Notes: a model not told the origin generated them from the letters alone. 64,000 nucleotides of DNA from Octopus sinensis (GCF_006345805.1 NC_042998.1:189286001-189350000), one strand, 5' to 3'; shown: positions 51,131 through 64,000, counted from the stretch's first letter. A program made the numbers and translations.

Positions 51131-52077
51131 TGATGAAAATACAACTTAAAATTTTTTTTAAAATAAATTTATCAAAAACAAAACACTAGTATATATAATA
51201 CACTATACTTTTTCTTTTTTGCATTTATCTCCTAGCATTTCCACTTTCTTGCCATAATATCTCTACTTAATTGTTCTGTTTGTCTTTTTTTTATCTGAAA
51301 CAAGGGTAATTAAAACAGACTGGGAATGAGTGACAGTCACAGATGTAAAATGCAGATGAAGTAATGAAATATTTTGCTCTGAAGTCACTGGCACTTTAAT
51401 CAAAATTAAACTAAATTTTTATCATAAATTATATCTATTTTATCAATTTCACACATGCACACATACACACACACAATGTATAAATATATATGAAGTTAAC
51501 TATTAAACTTTTGTTTTCAAAATATTATGCTCACATAACATAAGATTTTATACATCACACACGCATGCATATATATATATATATATACACATATATATAT
51601 ATTGTTACATTATTTTTCTTTCCCTTTTAACCTGTCTTTGCCTTCTCTAAAATAAACCTTCCTTCCTTTTTCCAGGTAAAGGATAACACATTCACATGCA
51701 CATATGTATTAGTATGCACATGTACAGATGTATATATAAATATGCATATATATGGCTGTACATGTACATGTGTGTGTCAGCATGGTAAGAAGCTTGTTTC
51801 CCTACATGGTTGTGGGTTCAGTCTGACTGTGTAACACCTTGTCATCTACTATGGCCTTAATGCAACTAAAGCCTTGAGTGGATTTGGTAGACAGAAAGTG
51901 AAAGAAGCCTACCATATGTATGTATGTACACATGTATGAGGGTAGGTAGAAATGTATGTAAATACATATATACATGTGTGTATTTTATAAGTATCTACAG
52001 ATCTATATACATTGTTTGCATAGATGCAATGCATACATATATACAGACACATATTATGCATAGATTCAATACATATG

Positions 52078-52402
52078 CAGTGATACCAGTGCCGGTGGCA
52101 CGTAAGAGAACCATCCGAACGTGGCCGTTGCCAGTGCCACCCCGACTGGCCTCCGTGCCGGTGGCACGTAAAAAGCACCATCCGATTGTGGCTGCTGCCA
52201 GCCTCGCTGGCCCCTGTGCCGGTGGCACATAAAAAGCACCCACTACACTCACGGAGTGGTTGGCGTTAGGAAGGGCATCCAGCTGTAGAAACACTGCCAG
52301 ACCAGACTGGGCCTGGCGCAGCCTTCTGGCTTCCCAGACCCCAGTTGAACTATCCAACCCATGCTAGCATGGAAAGCGGACGTTAAACGATGATGATGAT
52401 GA
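52078..52402 (+). mobile_element. Young RTE 3' tail (three hairpin units)
   Basis: Tail consensus, CpG retained, (GAT)n running into (TA)n. Confidence 0.85.
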
Positions 52403-52699
52403 TATATATATATATATATATAAATATATGTATATGTACATATATGTGCGTGTGTGCGTTTTACTATCTCGTCACCTTGACAGTGGACAATGGTTGTAAG
52501 CAAGTGTCCTTGTCATGCAAGGTGTTATTTGTTTTCAGTCTCCCAAGTAATCATGTTTGGGTACAGTGAAATATTACCTTACTTGGAAATAGGTATGGGT
52601 CAGCAATGGGAAAGGCATCCAGCTCTATGAAATTTGTCTGATCCTTGTGAGCATGCGAAAGGGGATGTTTCACAAATCACAAATCCCTTCAGGTAGATA

Positions 52700-53850
52700 G
52701 CTCTGCTCAATCTGTAAAAAAGGTGTGGTTAGGTAGAAATTCCATAAGATGCACCAAGTGTAAGCTTTGGACACATGAAAGGTGCAGCAATATCAGAGGA
52801 AGGTTAACAAGGAACCTAACTTTTGTATGTAGAAGATGCAAAAGTACAATAAATGCTGAAAATAGACTCCATCAACTGCTAAGGGGGCAAGCTAGATGTA
52901 GTAGAGAGTTTCTGTTATCTAGGTAACCAATTTAATAGTGGAGGTGGATGCTCCAAGAGAGTAGCTGTGAGAATAAGATTAGACTGGGCAAAGTTCAGAG
53001 AGCTCCTACCCCTACTGGTAACAAAGGGCCTTTCTCTCAGGGTGAAAGGCAGATTGTTTGATGCCTGTGTATGAATAGCTATGCTGCATGGCAGTGAAAT
53101 ATGGGCTATTACAGACAAGGACATGCACAGCCAGTATGCTTCGCTGGATGTGCAATGTCAGTGTGCATGTTCAACAGAGTGTAAGCATCTTGAGAGAAAA
53201 GTTAGGCATAAGAGGAATCAGATGTGGTGTGCAAGAAAGACAACTGCACTGGTATGATCATGTGATGTGTATGGACAAGGGAAACTGTGTAAAGGAGTAG
53301 AAATTTTTAACTGTGGAGGGAACCTGTGGTAGAGGTAGACCCAAGAAGACATGGGATGAGGTGAGGAACATAATCTTCAAACTTTGAGCCTCACAGAGGC
53401 AATGACTAGTGACTGAGACCTCTGGTAATGTGCTGTGCTTGAGAGGACCCATCAAGCCAAGTGCACCCATGCTGGTGGCACATAAAGAACATATTTTGAA
53501 CAATGGGCCTGACGGAGGCAAAATGGATGAGTTTCTTTCAAGTACTGGGTCTCACGGAAGCGAGGTGGCCAAGTTCCTTTCGGGTGTTGGGCCTCACAGA
53601 GACAATGACCAAGACCTTTGGCATTATGTCATGCTTGAAAAGAAGACCCATCAAGCTGAGCAAAATCGCAGTCATGGCAAACACACCCTGGTGTCATGCC
53701 AGTGGCACATAAAAGCACCCATTACACTTTCAAAGTGGCTGGCATTAGGAAGGGCATCCAGCAGTAGGAAACCATGCCAACTCAAACTGGAGTCTGGTGC
53801 AACCTTCCAGCATGGATAACAGACGTTAAATGATGATGACAATGACATGA
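52700..53850 (+). mobile_element. Decayed RTE C-terminus and tail
   Basis: NSIRCTKCKLWTHERCS, KFRELLPLL, ERQLHWYDHVM and GRPKKTW motifs, then the tail. Confidence 0.85.
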
Positions 53851-55563
53851 TGATAATATTTTTAACCAAGACATTACAACTGTATCAGTTCAAGTGCTTC
53901 AATTCTGTATGTATGTATATATATATACACACACAGATGATTGCTGACATTTATCAATGGTTTCTCCCATTGTTTTGATGATTCGGGCTTGCTAGTATAT
54001 ATATATATAATACATATATGCATAACCACATATGCATATATATATCTACAACTGTATACAAACACTATATACACACACCATCATTTTAACATACATTTTC
54101 CATGCTTACATGTGTCAGACAGTTTACTGCAGGTTTTCTACACCTGGATGGCTTTTCTGTCACCATGATATATACATAGAAATATCATCAACATTGTTTA
54201 ATGTCCATTCTTCATGCTAGCATGACTTGAACAGTCTGACAGGAGCCAATGAGCTAGAGGACTGCATCAAGCACCAATGTCCAATTTGACGTGGTTTCTG
54301 TAACTAGATGCCCTTCCTAATGCCAATCACTTCACAGAATGTACTGAGAGTCATTTATATGGCAGCAGCAGTAGTGAGGTAACCAGATACCTAGCAAGGC
54401 ATGACCCCTCAAATGAGGTAGGTGTATATTGCAGGAAGTGGCTTAATGCTAAGTGATAAGAGGTTAAAGTATGATAGACAAAAACAAGTGTCTTGCAGTA
54501 GAAGAAATACATAGCCACAAATATGGTGAATAGGTATCAGGATATATCTTCAAGTTACACGAAGGAGAATATATACATACATTCATGTATATACACACAC
54601 ACACATATATACATGCATATCATATGTGTACATACATCTATATACATATGCCAATATATATAAGTATACATAGATATATGTGCAATGGTGTCTGTGTGTG
54701 TGTATATATATATATATACACACACAAACACATGCATGTATACAGAGATATTACACACATATATATGCACACACATCTATACACATAAATCTGTAATGGT
54801 GTCTGTCTGTGTGTATGTTTGGGATTAATCTAACTCCTCCCACACCGTCCAACTGATTTTAATGATTCATGGCACATAGGTAGATCACATGCCCTGAAGT
54901 TCAAATAAGGCCAGAATTTTTCGAACAGTCTATAATGCTTAGCTGGCATCAGCTTTTGTGAGCTCAATCGGGCGTTGAATGTAAATTCCCATAACGATAT
55001 TATTTTTCCTGTAGCTTTTGCATTTTTTCTCGTGTAAAATTTCAACAAAATCGATAGACTAGTCACTAAGGAAATGCTTATTCAATACAAGGTCAGAGGT
55101 GGGCTTAACTTCAACACAGAAAACACGAGCAATGCTGGGTCCAGCAGCTACCTATATATGTAAAAACATCATCATCGTTATATACATAGATATTTATATG
55201 TATATAGGAAGACAAATATATATACACACACAAGCATATATACATACACATATACCTGTTCACACACATGTATATGAGTGTACAGATGTGTGTATGTATA
55301 TATGCATGTATGTACATGCATATATTCATATACAAATGCACACATGTAGAGAAAGAAACAATTACAAATATATAGTGAGTGTGTGTATATATTGTTTCAG
55401 TCATATGACTGCGGCCGTGCTGAAGCACTGCCTTAGTCGAACAAATCAATCTCAGAACTTGTTCTATCATTCTCTTTTGCTGAGCCGTGAAGTTATGTGG
55501 ACGTAAACACACCAACATCAGTTGCCAAGTGATGGTGAGGGGGACAAACACAGACACACAAAT

Positions 55564-55598
<35 letters not shown>

Positions 55599-56171
55599 AT
55601 GGGCTTCTTTCAAGTTCCGTCTACCAAATACCAAATCCACTCACAAGGCTTTGGTCAGCCCGAGGCTAAAACAGAAGACATGTGCCCAACATGCCATGCA
55701 GTGGGACTGAACCCAGAAGCATGTGGTTGAGAAGCAAGTTTCTTACTACACAACCACTATATATATATATACACACACATATATATACATATATATATAC
55801 ATACACACCTGACTGTGTTTCCTAATCAGTTTCAGATTCAATCCCTTTGAGTCACACCTTGGGCAAGTGATTTCTACAATAGTCTCAATGAATAAAGCCA
55901 TGTAAATAGATTGTTAGCAGAAGCTGTTGCACATATATCTATGTGTGTGTGTGAGGGAATGTGTGTCTACCTTGTCTTAATGCATGATAGTCATAAACAA
56001 ACATCATCAATGTCATAAAAGTAGTGTCAATTATTTCCAATGAAAACATGCCCAACCACAGGAAAATATTAACTTGCTTGGAAAAAAATCAAAAGATCGC
56101 AAAAGGATAGCATCTGGCTACAGAAAATTTGCCTTAATGAATTACATGCAGGTATGGAAAATGGACATTAA

Positions 56172-56670
56172 ATCATCATCATCATTTAACGTCCGCTTTC
56201 CATGCTAGCATGGGTTGGACAATTTGACTGAGGGCTGGCGAACTAGATGGCTGTGCCAGGCACCAATTTGATCTGGCAGAGTTTCTACAGCTGGATGCCC
56301 TCCCTAACGGTAACCACTCCGAGAGTGTAGTGGGTGCTTTTACATGCCACTGGCGTGAGGGCCAGTCTGGTGGTACTGGCAACGGCCATGCTCAAAATGG
56401 TGTTTTTTACGTGCCACCTGCACAGGAGTCAGTCCAGTGACACTGGTAACATCCTCGCTTGAATGTTTTGTTCACGTGCCACCGGTACAAGTGCCAGTAA
56501 GGCGTCGCTGGTAACAATCACGCTCAAATGGCGCTTTTTACATGTCACTGGCACAGAAGCCAGAGAGTTGCTCTGGCAGTGATCCCACTTGGATGGAGCT
56601 GTTAGCGCTCTATTGGCACAGGTGCCAGTCATCGAATTTGGTTCAATTTCGATTTCACTTGCCCCAACAG
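56172..56670 (-). mobile_element. RTE 3' UTR/tail, long version (reverse)
   Basis: Reverse complement of 15060-15556. Confidence 0.85.
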
Positions 56671-58960
56671 GTCTAAATGATGACATTTATAGGTAAATGC
56701 CTATGCATTTGTAGGCGTATGTCTGTGCATGAGCGTAAAATACACATTCTGTTAACCCAATGTCAAATATCACCATCATCATCATCATTTAACATCCATT
56801 GTCCATGCAGCCATGGATTGGACAGTCTTACTGGGCTGGCACGCTGGAAGGCTGTGCCTACTGCATATATGGCTGAGCATCTATTGCCAGGACTGCCTTG
56901 GTGATGTGATGAGTCATGGTCATTAGCACCTTGGTAGGATTTGAACTCAGAATGTGAAGAGCTGGAACAGACACCACGAAGCATCTTGCTGGACACTAAT
57001 AACTGCTTATCCACCTCTTAGGGCTGGTATTTTATTTAACTCCAAAAGGATGAACAGCAAAATTGACACTGACATACAGGTGAATTGAAAACCACGAAGC
57101 ATTTGCCACATATGTTTGTATGTATGTGTATCAAAACAGGATTTTGAAAAAAATTTTATATTATTTACTGACACTTTCCAATGTCTTGTTTTGATATATA
57201 ATTATTCTGCAAAATTATTTTCCAGTATTTTCAATTCTTATTGCATACCTCACACAAATATATCTACATAACATAAGTATTTGGAATAAGCAGATGTGCT
57301 TCAAGATGACATATCTTGGATTTTAGCTAAATTTCATATACACACACACACATATAAACATACACAATCACAACAAATATTCACATACATATATGTTTGC
57401 AAATATACAGTCATAAACAGATAAACATACACACACACTATCAGCGTGTGCGTACGCTTGTATATGTGTTGCTGTGACGCTAAAGGCTACTCTAAAGACA
57501 CAGGACTTAAGCAATTCCAAAACGCTGTAGCTTACAACACCAGAACTATAATAATGAACTTACAAAAGCATGAAACCTATTTTTTTTAAGTAGAAGCACA
57601 ATTTGTTACTGGTACTTTTTTTTTTAATAGAAGGAATGAATGGTTACGTCAGGAATTAAGAAACGGGGGACACGAATTTATTTATGCATAGAAATACAAC
57701 TACAGATCGTGCTAATTTCCCTTCCTTCAAAACCAACACTGGAGCTTTTTGCAAGGTCGTTTGTCATGCTAGAAATAACAGCCTAGTTTTCCTTCAAATC
57801 ACACAATGCTGTCTGACAAGAGGAAAGATCATTTTAATTATGTAGACTTTACAAACGCTATATCGCGAGATTGCAAAAAGACGAGATGGTCTCTGCTGGA
57901 ACGCCTGTGTCCATAGGTCATCTCGATCAGGGTCGATATGTAGATAAATAACTTCTATTTCTTTATTACTTATTAGCGTGAGAAACTGCCAGCAGTAGTA
58001 GTAGTCTATTTGCCACAAGTGTAACAAAACCACAAATGTTTAGGATTGAGTCAATTCTCTTTGATGACTGGCAATACAAGCTTTATACATAATCGACCTT
58101 GAAATTAACTCCCTAATTTAATTATTATCAAAAATGTTTTACTGCTGCTTTATTTTTTTCTTAAGCACCCTTTAAAAAAATAAAAAAGAGACTCAAAAAC
58201 GAGAAGTGATAATAATCGCTTATGCTGCTGATGTTTTTATTGATTAGCCCCAGGTCAACCTGATCGAGCTGATGTCTGATCAAAGGCATTCCAATCGTAA
58301 CCATTAAAATTTTTTTTAATGATGTATACCTAAGGCTACATTATTCAATATGTCCACCGTATTTTTTTTTAAAGACGTAGGCTGCAGTCTGGGTGAGATT
58401 TAGCTGTTTATTCTAGCAAATCGTGCGACAACATACATTGAAAGCTCCTTCGTTGGTTCGTTATAATCATTTGTATGTGACATATTTTACAACGATGGCA
58501 AAGCTGACTGACTGGTTAACAACTTGATGAATGGTGAATGAAACAAACCTCGTCCGATAAACCGACGAACGATTGATAAAATAGATCAGAGAATACCTGT
58601 AGCTTTCTTTACATTAGCTTTCCCCTTCCGACTCAGGTAGCAACAACGAAGAGCAGTTAAGTGGAATATAGGGGGATTACAACAAAATTATGCAAGGAGT
58701 TATTTAAAATTATAATGGAAGTTGTAATCATTATATGGGGGGGTCATTTTAAAATCGAAATAGGTAGAAAAAAAAGAACTCGGAGGTTTCACATTTCTCT
58801 TAATTAGATGTAAATAATTTTTAAATGATGTCTTGCTTCAAATTACAGAATACGACAAATCTGTTGATTGCTAAAAGAATTTACGTGGTTAAGTCTACGC
58901 TAAAGGAGGCGTCTCTGCGTTTTACATTAGAGCAATGTGTATATATACACACACACACAC

Positions 58961-58991
<31 letters not shown>

Positions 58992-59189
58992 AACTAGTAG
59001 AACCACACACACACACCATCAAAGTCACAGAAGACACGTTTGTAAAAAGTAAGTCTAAGGACTATATTACAGTGTCCCGAAGTCGAATTAACGACCAAGG
59101 GTTTGATCAAGGCCCATCTCAACTCACGATACATTTTTATGGTCATTATACTTCCTAACACACATTATATATATATATATATATATACG

Positions 59190-59221
<32 letters not shown>

Positions 59222-59631
59222 ATGGTAAATTCCGGTAACTGAAGGAACTCGTTGGTGATGATTGCGTGGGTAACAATTACCCCACAGTACTTTATATATG
59301 GGGTATATAAATGTGTGTGCATGCGTGTGTGTGTATACACATGCACACACACACACACAAAGGTAGGGAGAGTTTGCTAAAGGATTACAATGATTATACA
59401 CGCCTGTGTCTATAGAGATAGATAAGTGTAATATACATAAATATAGAGAGGGGGGGACATGTTGACTGTAGTTAACTTCTGTTCAGGCAACTGAGTGGAC
59501 GAGGCAGAAACACACACTACATGTGTATATGTATATATATATATATATATAGATAGATAGGTATATATATACACACATAATGCGTGTGTGTGTGTGAAAA
59601 CACACGTCTAGCCTTTCTACACAGACATCTC

Positions 59632-59677
59632 TTACGTCAAATAAAAATCGTCAAGATGGCGTCGTCGGTCACGTGAT
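59632..59677. promoter_or_regulatory. CRE-like TTACGTCA, YY1-like CAAGATGGCG and E-box GTCACGTGAT cluster
   Basis: Three motifs at 59632, 59652 and 59668, within 46 bp of CpG-retaining DNA. Confidence 0.45.
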
Positions 59678-60059
59678 AGTGATGGTATTGCAGTCAGCAG
59701 ACATTGAGTTAATGTAGCAAAGAGGTGTTTGGACAAGCATCTTGTGTGTATGCATGCATATTACATAAATACACACACACGTATATACATTTATAAATAT
59801 ATATATATACACATCTATATATATATTAGTCGGTTTGGGAGGGTTTTTTTTACTCGAAAGCATACTAGGTTAAAAGAGCAACATAGGGGGACTGAATGTT
59901 TCTTGCCTCTCACACACAGATATTTTATTCAAGCATTTTTCACTGTTGCTTCAGTTCTGAACTTCCTATCCGTCCAAAAATGTTTCCGTTAGATATAACA
60001 CAAGTCAAGTAGTATTCAGCTTAAATCACATGGCAATAAAGTCAGATTTCCACAAGAAT

Positions 60060-60162
60060 TTAACTTAATTAGCAACATATATATATATATATCCACATAA
60101 ACATACCTATATTGTAATCATGCTCATACAATGTATCTATATCAATACATACGTTTGTTATA

Positions 60163-60194
<32 letters not shown>

Positions 60195-60290
60195 CACACA
60201 TACCTATATTGTATTCATGCTCATACAATATATCTATATCAATACATATCTATCTATACATACGTTTGTTTTATATATACATATATATAT

Positions 60291-60323
<33 letters not shown>

Positions 60324-60393
60324 CCACATAAACATACCTATATTGTAATCATGCTCATACAATGTATCTATATCAATACATACGTTTGTTATA

Positions 60394-60425
<32 letters not shown>

Positions 60426-60507
60426 CACACATACCTATATTGTATTCATGCTCATACAATATATCTATATCAATACATATCTATCTATACATACGTTTGT
60501 TTTATAT

Positions 60508-60549
<42 letters not shown>

Positions 60550-60720
60550 CTATATTGTATTCATGCTCATTACAATGATACAATACATACCTATCTATAC
60601 ACACGTTTGTATATATAAATACACACACACATACCTATATTGTATTCATGCTCATATAATGATATATCTATATCAATACATACCGATCTATACATACGTT
60701 TGTGTATATATACACATACA
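60060..60720. repeat. Higher-order minisatellite of about 100-130-bp units with (TA)n spacers
   Basis: Core ACATACCTATATTGT(A)TCATGCTCATACAAT..TCTATATCAATACAT..ACGTTTGT repeated six times. Confidence 0.9.
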
Positions 60721-60962
60721 GTTTACTAAATCATTATAATATTATTATTGAAGTTAAAATTAAAAAGGAAAAACCCGAACCCAACCCAACCCAAATCCAA
60801 ACCAAACCCCGTTTCTTTCCTCACTCACCACCCTGGACGGACCAGAAGAAGAATTATATCAAAACATACATACATAAAAAAAAAAAAATGTTCAACTTGT
60901 TATATATCGATTAAGAAGAAATACCAGCAGCAAATGCAATGCAATACAATTTACAAACTTAC

Positions 60963-61262
60963 ACAAGTACTGTCATTAGGTGTTTGCGTTGGCAGAGTTT
61001 GTTGCTGATATATGACATCCGACGTTGACGAGGCAGAGGCAGGAGTGGCACAACCACCACCAGAGCTTGGTGGCGGCGTCGAAGAAGAAGAAGAAGAGGA
61101 CGACGACGACGACGTTGTTGTCGTAGTGGAGGTGGAGGTGGAGGTCGTGGTGGTCACCGTCAAATTATTAGAGACGACGTGATTGAAATTGACCACGTTT
61201 TTGACAGTCACATTTTTCTTATTTTTTCGACGCTTTGTTTTCTTGTTGTCAACAGAACTCAT
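60963..61262 (-). CDS. FAM193A: FAM193A-like protein, coding exon 1 (MSSVDNKKTKRRKNKK...Thr/Ser tract...NDSTC)
   Basis: ATG at 61262 followed by 100 codons and a TGT|GTAAGT phase-0 donor. The N-terminal KRRKNK motif matches my recollection of vertebrate FAM193A (MSPADAKRGAKRRKNKR). Phase matches exon 2. Confidence 0.85.
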
Positions 61263-61720
61263 TTTCTGGGGTGTCGATTTTTTTCTTAAGTGCTTTTTTT
61301 GTTTTGTTTCGTGTTTGTGTTTTTGTGTTTGTTTTTTTTTTGTTGTTTATATGTTGGAATTTTGTTTTGTACGGAAACAAATGTAAGTAAGTAAGTAATA
61401 GTAATAGTAGTAGTACTAGTAGTAATAATAAACAAGTCTAGATGGGGAGATTTTTATAAAGCTGTCAAAAAAAAGAGGTAACGTGAGTAGAGAAATTGAA
61501 AGAGTATAATTTACACACTCAGATCAGATTATAAAATAATAACAACAATAATGATACAGTTATTGGCGATCCTCTTTGTAATTGTAATTTGCCAACAAGT
61601 AGTATTGACAATGAAATAATTCTTGTTGCCAAAATCTATTATAACTGTACATCATCCTAACCAAAAGTTCCAAGTTCCATAAATATTCTGATCCCATGTC
61701 AATATGGCGCTCACTACATC
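61263..61720 (-). promoter_or_regulatory. Putative 5' UTR/core promoter of the FAM193A-like gene
   Basis: A-rich leader before the ATG; YY1-like CAATATGGCG at 61700-61709; CpG-retaining context. TSS not determined. Confidence 0.4.
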
Positions 61721-61729
61721 ACACCCACA

Positions 61730-62036
61730 ATGCATCGCTCTCTGACACACACACACACTTTCTGCTCACTCTCTCTCTACTTGCTCTTTATCTATCTAAC
61801 TAACACTCTCTCTAGTTGCGCTCTTTCTCTATCTATCTCTCGCTCTACTTCCTCTCTATCTCTCGTTGTATTTGCTCCCTCTCTATCTCTCGTTGTATTT
61901 ACTCTCTCTCTCTCTCTATCTATCTCTCGCACCACTTCCTCTCTCTCTCTCTATCAATCTATCTCTCGCTCTACTTCCTCTCTTTGTATTTGCTCCCTCT
62001 CTATTTCTCGTTGTATTTGCTCTCTCTCTCTCTCTG

Positions 62037-62067
<31 letters not shown>

Positions 62068-62270
62068 CTCGCTCTGTTTGCTCTCTTACCCTCTCCGTCT
62101 ATCTCTAGCTCTACCTGCTGCTCTCTCTCTTTCTCGCTTGCTCTCTTACCCTCTCCGTCTATCTCTCGCTCTACCTGCTGCTCTCTCTCTCTCTCTCTCT
62201 CTTTCTCTCCCTCGCTTGCTTTCTCACTCGTTCACACACTCTCACTCTTACTCGTTCATTCACTGCTAGA
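61730..62270. repeat. Compound polypyrimidine (CT)n/(CTAT)n tract with duplicated sub-units
   Basis: Directly visible; generates the SL-rich pseudo-ORFs. Confidence 0.9.
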
Positions 62271-64000
62271 TTTCTTCTTCTGCAGCTGTAAACGTTTTCA
62301 AAGCACACACGCTTTCAAGAATGAAAACCCACGCAAATCCACCTCATTTAAACTTTCGATCAGGACCTCAATCCTTAAAATTTTACTAATATTTATTCCA
62401 TATATACATATATATTTTTTTTCCTCTCATATATATTATATATATATACATATATATATTATATATATAGTGTGTGCGCGCGCGTATGAAAACATTTCGA
62501 ATACATCCTCTGCTGAAATATCTTTATTTGTTTTTTTAAACGCAGAATGAAAAAAAAAAGTAGAAACGTGTGGACTCGATCTTATCTAAATTCAACAATT
62601 ATTTACAACATTGATAGCTATACGCCTTTGGTTATATATTTTCTGTCAAAATATTTACTATTCTCTTTTAATGCGGAACTATAAACACATCGGGAAAAAC
62701 ATTCCTTTCACACAAGCTTGGTAAATTGATATTATATGCAACAGGCATCTTGCATAATCCAATTTAGAAAGATAAACAAATAAAGTGGGTAAATCAAATG
62801 TGTGTGTATTCAATAAATAAGAGAGAAGTTAAGCGTGGAATGTTTATGTTTTAGAAAATTCCACTTGGCCATCCCCTTCGTGTACTGTACTGGCAGGTGC
62901 CTGTTATATCAAGCAATCGATCTGCTACAAAGAAAGAAAGAAAACAGCTTATAATTACTAATTTTACGGTTTTTACCATGTTATAAATACACGTGTGTGT
63001 TGGTATATTTTTCGTGGAACAAGGAAGAGAAATAATTTGTGCTATAAACGAAACTCTGGACCCTTGGGTCACAACCGATATAAATATTTGTTGGCATTAA
63101 TGCCTATTTGTTTGTTTGTTTGTTTTTTATTTATTAGCATGTAAATTTAGATTTAAAAAATTGTAATTGTTCAATTTTTCAATATTTTCTAGTTCTCCGG
63201 TTACGATTTTATTTTTCTGAAGTATTCTTGTTGACAAATGAATTTTCTATTGTATTGATTTAATTTAACTACACATAACGACACTTGTGTAACTGTTCTT
63301 CGGCGTGTCTCAGGCGTATTCTGTGGATTGTTAGGGGAGGCGGTGGCTGCTTTACTGGTGATGCCAAGGAACACGGAAAGAGAGAATAAGGAATAGTAGT
63401 GGGAAGCATTTTACCACATGCTTCAGCTTCCTCTCTATCTTTTCTCACCCCGCTCTCTTCTAAGTCTGCAGCACAAGCCAACACCCATCACTTCCGAACT
63501 GTCAGCTGAATACTTTTGAAACAAGCCGACAGTTATTGGAAATTCAGCTTCACAGCTGAAATGGCTATACAACGAAAAGGACTGTCTTCAATTAAATCGA
63601 AATCGAACAATACATTACTGGTACTGATTACTCCTAATCCAACGGAATTAAAACTTAAATCGATGAGAAGGCAAACTAATAATGTGAAACCTACCACCTG
63701 ACGTTCTAATCTATTAACTTCCTAGGCGCTTTATTTGTGTTCTATCGATTTCTACAGTATTACATCGATCTCATCAAAGATACGTTGTCATTTATCTCAA
63801 CAATTTATATGTATTTTGTTATAAAATAAAATTCTTCAGAAGTATCCTTTGGCATAAAATAAATTATACAGAAGCTACAATACATTCGTCATAATATGTT
63901 TATTATGTTTGGCTAAGATAGTATAATAATCTTTTCTGCTCTAGGCACAAGGTCCGAAATTTTGGGGGAGGGGCCAGTCGATTAGATCGACCTCAGTACA

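Noticed and set aside
54830-55090. 78-aa ORF as a gene
   Set aside because: No splice support; a neighbouring frame with stops faintly resembles a Tc1 HTH (TVRKILALFELQG), so it is likely a TE relic.
59657-59677. ATGGCG as the start of a plus-strand gene
   Set aside because: The frame closes after six codons (MASSVT*) and there is no donor; treated as a YY1-like motif instead.

Overview
AT-rich, microsatellite- and transposon-laden animal genomic DNA. The repeat content (RTE LINE tails ending in (GAT)n, tRNA-derived SINEs with internal (TA)n, TTAA-flanked MITEs) looks like a coleoid cephalopod, probably Octopus; this is inference. The window holds the 5' part of one minus-strand FAM193A-like gene. 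Six exons join in frame: 61262-60963, 30079-29941, 12671-12622, 9569-9460, 4041-3831 and 3113-2989, plus one candidate cassette exon at 28004-27891. The gene continues beyond position 1, and intron 1 is about 31 kb. Almost all other ORFs in the supplied track are decayed RTE/L1/mariner/hAT fragments or microsatellite artefacts. I found no bacterial-type system and no CRISPR array. Most interesting observations: (1) a Penelope-type minimal hammerhead ribozyme, sense to the pre-mRNA, with a G12A change, inside a perfect 62-bp inverted repeat that starts at its cleavage site; (2) apparent absence of a conserved phase-2/phase-2 FAM193 exon; (3) a repeat-flanked 336-nt exon pair that would give a stop-free circRNA; (4) a long-TIR Tc1/IS630-like element with a microsporidian-like transposase tail; (5) an intronic YY1/E-box/CRE cluster next to a donor site (possible alternative promoter); (6) a CpG-depletion boundary near 57.4 kb. 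All calls were made by eye; repeat boundaries are approximate unless termini are quoted.
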